Shown piece after piece: positions 25,965 through 32,000 of a DNA stretch of 32,000 nucleotides. Each line of letters begins with the position of its first letter. Position 1 is the first letter of the stretch. Origin of the DNA: Mycolicibacterium smegmatis (GTDB lineage Bacteria > Actinomycetota > Actinomycetes > Mycobacteriales > Mycobacteriaceae). The notes under the pieces are model-generated. The model had not been told where the DNA came from. It made no database searches and saw nothing but the letters and a program-made list of their open reading frames with translations. The position numbers were made by a program, and so were the translations under genes. Where the stretch lies: NCBI RefSeq assembly GCF_001457595.1, contig NZ_LN831039.1:4500001-4532000 (forward strand). The letters run 5' to 3'.

Positions 25965-26885
25965 TCAATCCTCTGTGACGCGCACGATCGTCTTTCCCGT
26001 GGTGCGCTTCTTTTGGTTGAAGGCGCTGGGCGCGTCGGCGAGCGGCACCACGCGCCCGACGACGGGCTTGAGCCGTCCCGTCCGTACCCGAGCGGCGAGG
26101 TCGGCGAGACGTGCGCTGTCAGGTTCGACGAGGAAGTACAGTGCCCGTCCGTCGCGCGGCTGGGTCTTGGGTGGCTCGGCGAGGGTGACCAGCGTTCCTC
26201 CGGCGCGTACGAGCGCGATCGAACGTTCCATGATCTCTCCGCCGATCACGTCGAACACCACGTCGACCTCCCCGGCGTCTTCGAGCTTGTCATCGTCCAG
26301 GTCGAGGAAAGTGTGGGTGCCCAGCTCGAGAGCCCGATCCCGATCGGCGGCCCGCCCGGTGCCGATGACCCGCGCCCCCACCTCACGAGCGAGCTGCACC
26401 GCAATGGAGCCGACACCACCTGCCGCACCGTGGATCAGCACGGTTTGTCCCGCGACGAGCTGCGCGTGCTCGAACAGGCCCTGCCACGCGGACAACCCCG
26501 AGATCGGCAGCGCCGCGGCCAATGTGTGGTCGACGTCGTAGGGCAACGGTGCGAGGTGACGCGTCTCCACTGCGGCGTACTCGGCCAGGGAGCCGTTGCG
26601 TGCCCAGTCTGCCAATCCGAACACGCGCTGACCGATCGTGAAACGTGTGGTGCCGTATCCCAATTCGACCACAACACCCGACAGTTCGTGTCCGGGCACA
26701 CTGGGTGTGCGGTCGCGTCCCGAGCGCTCGGTCCACGTATCCGGCCAGTCGAGTTCGCCCCGTGTGAACCCCGCGGCGTGCACACGTACGACGACGTCGT
26801 TCTCGGAGACCACGGGATAGGGCAGTTCTGTCAGCGACAGACCGGAGACGCCGGCATCACGATCGGAAACTGTCACAGCCTTCAT
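25965..26885 (-). CDS. MDR-family NADPH:quinone oxidoreductase / zinc-type ADH-like protein 2
   Basis: AGGAGGA RBS. MKAVTV..., VPGHELSGVVVELG, VLIHGAAGGVGSIAVQLA. ATGA overlap with the upstream small ORF. Confidence 0.85.
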   Translation of the reverse strand: MKAVTVSDRDAGVSGLSLTELPYPVVSENDVVVRVHAAGFTRGELDWPDTWTERSGRDRTPSVPGHELSGVVVELGYGTTRFTIGQRVFGLADWARNGSLAEYAAVETRHLAPLPYDVDHTLAAALPISGLSAWQGLFEHAQLVAGQTVLIHGAAGGVGSIAVQLAREVGARVIGTGRAADRDRALELGTHTFLDLDDDKLEDAGEVDVVFDVIGGEIMERSIALVRAGGTLVTLAEPPKTQPRDGRALYFLVEPDSARLADLAARVRTGRLKPVVGRVVPLADAPSAFNQKKRTTGKTIVRVTED

Positions 26886-27166
26886 TGCGCATCCTCCTGA
26901 TAAGGGTTGGGGAGGCCGACCGACTCGCCGTCTCCATTGGCGATGGCACCCGTCGGGCCGGCCGCGGACCATTGCTGAACGCTGACGAGCTCGAGTCCCA
27001 GATCGCGGACGCGGTCGAGCAGTCCGTACAGTTGTGACTGGTCCCGGATCTCGCCGACGAACATCGACTCTGTCGCACCAGCTTCAAGGCGCATCCCCTC
27101 CAACGCGGACCCGAACCGCTCGGTGACGCACCCCCGAATGCAGATCTGGTACATCGTCGGCTGCAT
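26882..27166 (-). CDS. small (94 aa) hypothetical protein, first gene of the operon
   Basis: GGAGGG RBS. MQPTMYQICIRGCVTERFGSALEGMRLEAGATESMFVGEIRDQSQLYGLLDRVRDLGLELVSVQQ... It resembles small actinobacterial proteins of unknown function (recollection only). Confidence 0.55.
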   Translation of the reverse strand: MQPTMYQICIRGCVTERFGSALEGMRLEAGATESMFVGEIRDQSQLYGLLDRVRDLGLELVSVQQWSAAGPTGAIANGDGESVGLPNPYQEDAQ

Positions 27167-27211
27167 GATGCCCTCCGATCGCCATCTGCCGACCAAGCGT
27201 TCACCGGACAG

Positions 27212-27253
27212 GGGTGAGCAGTCATCACCCCGCATGTGAGATCACCCGGGTGA
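27212..27253 (-). promoter_or_regulatory. composite element copy E, sense for the small-ORF/QOR2/cupin2/SDR2/GNAT operon
   Basis: Minus strand reads TCACCCGGGTGA-TCTCACATGCG-GGGTGA-TGACTGC-TCACCC. It lies 45 nt upstream of the ATG at 27166. Confidence 0.7.
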
Positions 27254-27382
27254 GTGTTGTGTTTTTGCTGAATCTTCTGTGGCCCTTGATGATTACAAGT
27301 CGTACTCTCGGCAGAGTCCGAGTTCCGCGACGGGCGCACCTGGGCCCTCGACAGCGGACACATCGACGGAAAGGTCCGGAAC

Positions 27383-28795
27383 ATGCGGTATGACGTCGTC
27401 GTGCTCGGCGCGGGTTCGGGAGGCTAAGTGGCCGCCATCCGCGCCGCACAACTCGGGTTGTCGGTGGCGATCGTGGAGGCCCACTACTGGGGCGGGGTGT
27501 GCCTGAACGTGGGATGCATCCCGTCCAAAGCTCTTTTGCGCAACGCCGAGATCGCGCATCTCCTGAGGGAGTTCGCCGATGTTTTCGGCATCGAGGGCGA
27601 GACGAAGATGCGCTATGACGCGGCCTATGAACGGTCCCGCACGGTCGCCGCGGACCGGGTGCGCGGTTTGCGATTCCTCATGCGCAAGAACAAGATCGAC
27701 GAGTACGAAGCCCACGGGACCTTCATCGACCGCCACACCATGCACATCGCCGGCGAGGATATCGACACTCAGATCGGCTTCGATTCGGTGATCATCGCCA
27801 CCGGAGCCGCCCCGCGGTTGCTGCCCGGCACCACCCGTGGGCCCAGGGTGCGCACCTTCGAAGAGCAGATCATGGCGTCGACGCTGCCGTCGTCGATCGC
27901 CATCATCGGGGCCGGCCCGATTGGCGTCGAATTCGCCTATCTCCTGGCAAATTACGGCGTCGATGTGACCCTCATCGAGGCCCTTCCGCGGATGCTGCCC
28001 AACGAAGACGAGGACGTCTCCAAAGAGATCGCCAAGGCCTACCGTGCCCTGGGCATCACTGTCCTGACCGGTACGCACATCGAGGATTTGGTCGAGACGG
28101 CCGACGGCGTCACCCTCACCTACCGCAGGTCCGGGTCCGTCGACGCCGAGACCCTCATCGTCGATGTCGTGTTGCAGGCCATCGGGTTCGCCCCCAGAAC
28201 CACGGGCTACGGGCTCGAACACCTGGGCGTGGACCTGGACCCACGCACCGGTGGCATCGCGATCGACGACGTCATGCGGACCACCGTGCCCGGCGTGTAC
28301 GCCATCGGCGACGTCACCGCGAAGCTGATGCTCGCGCATGTGGCCGAGGCGCAGGGCATCGTCGCCGCAGAGGCGATCGCAGGCGCACCCACGCTGGGGT
28401 TCGCCGAATACACCACGATGCCCCGCGTGACGTTCTGCAACCCCCAGGTCGCGAGCTTCGGGCTGACCGAAGCCCAGGCCCGCGCCGATGCCACGGCACG
28501 CGGCAGCGACATCGCTGTCGCGAAGTTCCCGTTCCGTGCCAACGGAAAGGCCCACGGCTTCGGCGATCCCACCGGATTCGTGAAGGTCATCACCGATCTC
28601 GCGCACGGCGAGCTTCTCGGGGCGCACATGGTCGGCGCCGAGGTCGCCGAACTGCTCCCCGAGTTGACGCTGGCCCAACGCTGGGATCTGACCGTCGAAG
28701 AACTGGTCCGCAACGTCCACACCCACCCGACACTGTCCGAGGCGCTGCAGGAGACGTTCCACGGGCTGGCGACCGGCAAGATGATCAACTTCTAG
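27383..28795 (+). pseudogene. lpd: dihydrolipoyl dehydrogenase (Lpd) with an in-frame TAA at codon 15
   Basis: The ATG at 27383 (GGAAAGG RBS) reads [54 protein letters not shown]... The TAA at 27425-27427 sits where Lpd proteins have Tyr. The remaining 455 codons are intact through ...HPTLSEALQETFHGLATGKMINF. Confidence 0.8.
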
Positions 28796-28934
28796 ACGTT
28801 CCCGCGTGTGTCAGCCGACGACGCCGTCACCGCACTCGATGACAACGAAACCTCCGCACGCGTCGATTCACTGTCCAGGAATGCTCCTGCCGTAGCGGCG
28901 CCGTGGATAGGAAGTCATGGTGCGCGCATTGATG

Positions 28935-28948
28935 CGTTACATGTAACG
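28935..28948. promoter_or_regulatory. 14-bp perfect palindrome, candidate antitoxin operator
   Basis: CGTTACATGTAACG lies 7 nt upstream of the antitoxin ATG at 28956. Confidence 0.4.
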
Positions 28949-28955
28949 TTGGGGT

Positions 28956-29165
28956 ATGACTCCCGCGCGTGACCGAGTACGCCGACATCGCGAGCGGCTG
29001 CGGCGACAAGGTCTGCGGCCGGTGCAGATCTGGGTCCCCGACGTGAATGCACCCGAATTTCGCCGGGAGGCGCACCGGCAGTCTGAGTTGGTCGCCGCCG
29101 GCGAGCATGAGGCCGAAGATCAAGCTTTCGTCGACGCGATCTCCGTCGACTGGGACGACGCCTAA
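28956..29165 (+). CDS. type II antitoxin, MazE-like (DUF3018-type, from memory)
   Basis: 69 aa. RVRRHRERLRRQGLRPVQIWVPDVNAPEFRREAHRQS followed by an acidic tail. It sits directly upstream of a MazF/PemK toxin gene with a 2-nt gap. Confidence 0.7.
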   Translation: MTPARDRVRRHRERLRRQGLRPVQIWVPDVNAPEFRREAHRQSELVAAGEHEAEDQAFVDAISVDWDDA

Positions 29166-29167
29166 GC

Positions 29168-29497
29168 GTGCGGCGCGGCGATATCTACACCGCGGCGGCG
29201 CGAGGTGCGTACACCGGCAAGCCTCGGCCGGTCCTCATCATCCAGGACGACCGATTCGATGCCACCGCGTCGGTCACCGTCGTGCCGTTTACGACAAGCG
29301 ACACCGACGCACCGCTTCTGCGAATTCGAATCGAGCCAACGCCAGCCACCGGACTCTCCACAGTCAGCTCGTTGATGATCGACAAGGTGACCACAGTTCC
29401 CCGCTCCAGCTTGACGCACCGTGTCGGCCGACTGGCGGAGACAGACATGGTCAGGACCGACCGCGCACTCCTGGTTTTTCTGGGAATCGCCGGGTGA
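29168..29497 (+). CDS. mazF: type II toxin, MazF/PemK-family endoribonuclease
   Basis: 109 aa. RRGDIYTAA...GKPRPVLIIQDD...VTVVPFTTS...SSLMIDKVTTVPRSSL, typical of the PemK/MazF fold. Confidence 0.85.
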   Translation: MRRGDIYTAAARGAYTGKPRPVLIIQDDRFDATASVTVVPFTTSDTDAPLLRIRIEPTPATGLSTVSSLMIDKVTTVPRSSLTHRVGRLAETDMVRTDRALLVFLGIAG

Positions 29498-29539
29498 CCA
29501 CCTGCTTCGGCACGATCCATGAACCCAGCGGCCACGTCG

Positions 29540-30103
29540 TCAGCGTCCGAGGTCAGACGGCCTCGGCAGGTTCGTAGTCCAGCGCGAAGCCAAGGCGTCG
29601 ATGATGGCTCGCTGCTGGGCTTCGTCGTGGTCGTGCATGAGAAGTCCTTCGACCGTGAAGACGCCGATCATGACTTCGGCGTCGGGTGCGGGGACCCCGG
29701 CGGCCTGAAGTTCAAACTGAAGCAGGCTGCCGGTGATCGTATGAAAGTTCTGATGCCATTCGGCGACCGCTGCTGAGTGCTCGACGCGGGCATGCACGGT
29801 TGTCACGAGGCGGCTCATCTCGGTGAGTTTGCCGACGATCCATAGCAACCGCGCCGCAATCGGTTGGCTTGCAATCTCTTCATACTGCGGCCACACGTCG
29901 GCCATGACGGCCTCAAGCACCGCGATCAACACTTCGTCTTTGTCCGGGAAGTACCAGTAGATCGTGTTCGGTGCCACTCCGGCTTCTTTGGCCAGGCGAC
30001 TCATCGGGGTGGCGTCATATCCCGCGTCGATGAACAGTCGCCTCGCCGCCGCAACGATCTCCGCGCGTTTCTCGGCGGCGGCCTGCGGGCGCTTCGGCGC
30101 CAT
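29540..30103 (-). CDS. TetR/AcrR-family transcriptional regulator
   Basis: GAGGAGG RBS. KRAEIVAAARRLFIDAGYDATPMSRLAKEAGVAPNTIYWYFPDKDEVL HTH signature. An alternative ATG lies at 30127. Confidence 0.9.
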   Translation of the reverse strand: MAPKRPQAAAEKRAEIVAAARRLFIDAGYDATPMSRLAKEAGVAPNTIYWYFPDKDEVLIAVLEAVMADVWPQYEEIASQPIAARLLWIVGKLTEMSRLVTTVHARVEHSAAVAEWHQNFHTITGSLLQFELQAAGVPAPDAEVMIGVFTVEGLLMHDHDEAQQRAIIDALASRWTTNLPRPSDLGR

Positions 30104-30136
30104 CACGTCCTCCTCGATGCCGTTCACGTCACGCCA

Positions 30137-30187
30137 TGTTGAATACCGTTCAATAGGCTGCTACGTTTTGTTGAACAGCATTCAACA
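30137..30187. promoter_or_regulatory. two tandem inverted repeats, candidate TetR operators in the divergent promoter region
   Basis: TGTTGAA-TACCG-TTCAATA (30137-30155) and a perfect TGTTGAA-CAGCA-TTCAACA (30169-30187) lie between the tetR and hydrolase starts. Confidence 0.55.
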
Positions 30188-30193
30188 TACATC

Positions 30194-31144
30194 ATGGAGG
30201 CCGCGACGATGGCTCAACCGCTCAGCTACACCCGAGACGACGTCACCTTCATGTCCGACGGCACATCGTGCGCAGCGTGGCTCTATCGGCCCGACGGCGT
30301 CAACAATCCGCCCATCGTGGTACTTGCCCACGGGTTTGCCGCCTTCCGCGAACTGCGCCTGGACGCCTACGCCGCACGATTCGCCCAGGCCGGCTACGCC
30401 GCCCTGGTGTTCGACTACCGGCACTGGGGTGCGAGCGACGGACAACCCCGCCGCATCCTTGACATCCCAAAACAGCAGACAGACTGGCGGGCCGCCATCG
30501 CCTACGCCCGCAGCCTGGACAACGTCGACACCACCCGACTGGTGGGATGGGGTTCCTCCTTCGGCGGTGGCCACGTTCTCACACTGGCCGCCCGCGACCA
30601 CGAATTCGCCGCCGCCATCGTTCAGGTCCCCCACGTCAGCGGACCCGCTTCAGCCTTCTCTCAATCCCCCAAACTGGTCGCACGCCTCATCGCCGCAGGA
30701 CTGCGCGATCAGATCGGCGCATGGTTCGGGGGTGCACCGCACCGAGTGACATCCATCGGCAGGCCCGGCGAATTCGCCATGATGACCTCACCCGGCGCCT
30801 ATGAACTCGTCGAGGAAATGGCCGGGGGCGAAGCGGCCGAACACATGCGCGCGCAACTCGAGGCCGAGAACGACGTCGCCGCCCGCATCGCTCTGCGCGT
30901 GCCGCTGTATTCACCGGGACGGCACGCCGCCAAAATCACCGCACCGACCTTGGTTCAACTCGCCACGAAAGACGACGTCACGCCCTACGCGAAAGCCCGA
31001 AAAATCGTGGCCCGCATCCCGAACGGAGAGGTGCGGTCCTACGACATCACGCATTTCGAGCCGTACGTGGACCCGCATTTCGAGCAAATCGTGACCGATC
31101 AGATCGACTTCCTGAACCGTCACGTCGGAGCTGGCACCCGATGA
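30194..31144 (+). CDS. alpha/beta-fold hydrolase
   Basis: 316 aa. VVLAHGFAA, nucleophile elbow GWGSSFGGG, and a C-terminal ...YDITHFEPY His region. An alternative ATG lies at 30209. Confidence 0.85.
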   Translation: MEAATMAQPLSYTRDDVTFMSDGTSCAAWLYRPDGVNNPPIVVLAHGFAAFRELRLDAYAARFAQAGYAALVFDYRHWGASDGQPRRILDIPKQQTDWRAAIAYARSLDNVDTTRLVGWGSSFGGGHVLTLAARDHEFAAAIVQVPHVSGPASAFSQSPKLVARLIAAGLRDQIGAWFGGAPHRVTSIGRPGEFAMMTSPGAYELVEEMAGGEAAEHMRAQLEAENDVAARIALRVPLYSPGRHAAKITAPTLVQLATKDDVTPYAKARKIVARIPNGEVRSYDITHFEPYVDPHFEQIVTDQIDFLNRHVGAGTR

Positions 31145-32000
31145 GCGCACCGGCGTCATCGACTCCAACCCTGCCGGCGTCGGTGCACACGCTAGTCGTG
31201 GGTGCGGGGTTCGCCGGGCTGGCCGCGGCCGCAGCGGTGCTGCGCGAAGACCCCCGAGCCGACCTCCTGATCATCGAGCGGGCCGACGAGGTCGGCGGAA
31301 CCTGGCGCGACAACACCTACCCCGGTTGCGCGTGTGACGTCCCGACCTCGCTCTACTCGTTCTCGTTCGCCCCCAGCGCGAAGTGGAGTCACACCTTCGC
31401 ACGCCAACCCGAGATTCACCGCTACCTCACCTCGGTTGCCGACCAGACAGGACTGCGGCACCACCTGGTCACCGGATGCGAGCTACTCGGCGCAGCGTGG
31501 GACGACGACGAGCAGCGTTGGCGGGTTCGAACCTCCCTCGGCATGGTGACCGCCACGGTCCTGGTCGCCGCGACCGGGGCACTCTCCACCCCGAAGCTGC
31601 CCGACGTGCCCGGACTCGACCGCTTCGGCGGCACGGTTTTTCACTCCGCCACCTGGAATCACGACCACGACCTGACCGACGAGCGGGTCGCCGTCGTCGG
31701 CACCGGGGCCTCAGCGGTGCAGTTCGTGCCCGAGATCGCTGACCGCACCGCTCACCTGACGGTGTTTCAACGAACCCCGGCGTGGGTGCTACCCCGGCTA
31801 GACCGCACCCTCGGCCGCCTCGAGAAGGCGCTGTACCGCCGGATTCCGCTGTCGCAGAGACTGGTCCGCGGGATGGTCTACATCTACCGGGAGGGCTACC
31901 TCGCGCTGCTCGCGCACCTGACCTGGCTGCTACCGCTGCTCGAAATCATCGCCAAGACACAACTGCGCCGCCAAGTGCCCGACCCAGCCCTGCGCAGGGC
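31141..32000 (+). CDS. flavin-dependent Baeyer-Villiger-type monooxygenase (EthA-like), N-terminal part; runs off the right edge
   Basis: ATGA overlap with the hydrolase stop. LVVGAGFAGL, GGTWRDNTYPGCACDVPSxLYSFSF, BVMO fingerprint FGGTVFHSATW (FxGxxxHxxxW), and VAVVGTGASAVQ. The frame stays open to the window end, so it is absent from the ORF track. Confidence 0.8.
   Translation, partial: MSAPASSTPTLPASVHTLVVGAGFAGLAAAAAVLREDPRADLLIIERADEVGGTWRDNTYPGCACDVPTSLYSFSFAPSAKWSHTFARQPEIHRYLTSVADQTGLRHHLVTGCELLGAAWDDDEQRWRVRTSLGMVTATVLVAATGALSTPKLPDVPGLDRFGGTVFHSATWNHDHDLTDERVAVVGTGASAVQFVPEIADRTAHLTVFQRTPAWVLPRLDRTLGRLEKALYRRIPLSQRLVRGMVYIYREGYLALLAHLTWLLPLLEIIAKTQLRRQVPDPALRR

Noticed and set aside
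3138-27253. Reading the composite element as a known alternative-sigma promoter (SigF-type GTTT-N15-17-GGGTAT, or an ECF GGAAC...CGTT type) or as a CsoR/RicR-type TACCC-N5-GGGTA operator
   Set aside because: There is no GTTT or GGAAC -35-like block at the right distance. GGGTGA differs from GGGTAT. The palindrome has zero spacing, unlike CsoR/RicR sites as I recall them. No sigma or CsoR-family gene is in the window. A novel sigma-dependent promoter (TCACCC as -35, GGGTGAY as -10, 17-nt spacer) cannot be excluded, but I found nothing supporting it beyond that spacing.
3138-27253. Interpreting the seven copies as a REP/MITE-like mobile repeat
   Set aside because: The spacer and flanks are unrelated between copies, there are no target duplications, and polarity and distance to downstream start codons are strictly consistent. 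This needs a genome-wide scan to exclude fully.
27293-28762. 489-aa minus-strand ORF opposite lpd
   Set aside because: The plus-strand frame is by eye highly similar to dihydrolipoyl dehydrogenase along its whole length. The minus ORF is a shadow.
28827-29123. 98-aa minus-strand ORF overlapping the antitoxin gene and its promoter
   Set aside because: It lies opposite a well-supported mazE-like/mazF pair and has no RBS or motif.
1-32000. Search for tRNA, rRNA, CRISPR arrays, integrase or att sites, and long DNA-level repeats
   Set aside because: None seen by eye. The only repeats found are the IS termini, the 15-bp tandem repeat and the composite regulatory element.

Overview
High-GC actinobacterial (Mycobacteriales-like) chromosomal segment with about 34 protein genes, one IS3-family insertion sequence, and no rRNA, tRNA or CRISPR. 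Gene content is mainly redox, electrophile-detoxification and respiratory functions: msrB-msrA (msrB split by the IS), two paralogous SDRs, two paralogous cupins, two MDR-type quinone oxidoreductases, two class-I pyridine-nucleotide-disulfide oxidoreductases (one is an lpd carrying an in-frame TAA), DoxX-like, RidA, nitroreductase, MFS exporter, a divergent NDH-2, an orphan ctaD fused into an operon with a transketolase and an RraA-like gene, and a GNAT. Two large ATPase-LuxR (LAL/MalT-like STAND) regulators sit in the centre. The right end carries a mazEF-type toxin-antitoxin pair and a TetR / alpha-beta hydrolase / Baeyer-Villiger monooxygenase unit. The main finding is a conserved 41-42 bp composite element, TCACCCGGGTGA - N10/11 - GGGTGA - YGACNNY - TCRYCC. 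It occurs seven times, plus one variant. Every copy is intergenic, in sense orientation, and 45-116 nt upstream of the first start codon of an operon. Together the copies front about 23 of the window's genes. This looks like a compact, locally clustered regulon under one uncharacterised operator, promoter or leader-RNA element. The two central LAL regulators are the obvious but unproven candidates for its cognate factor.
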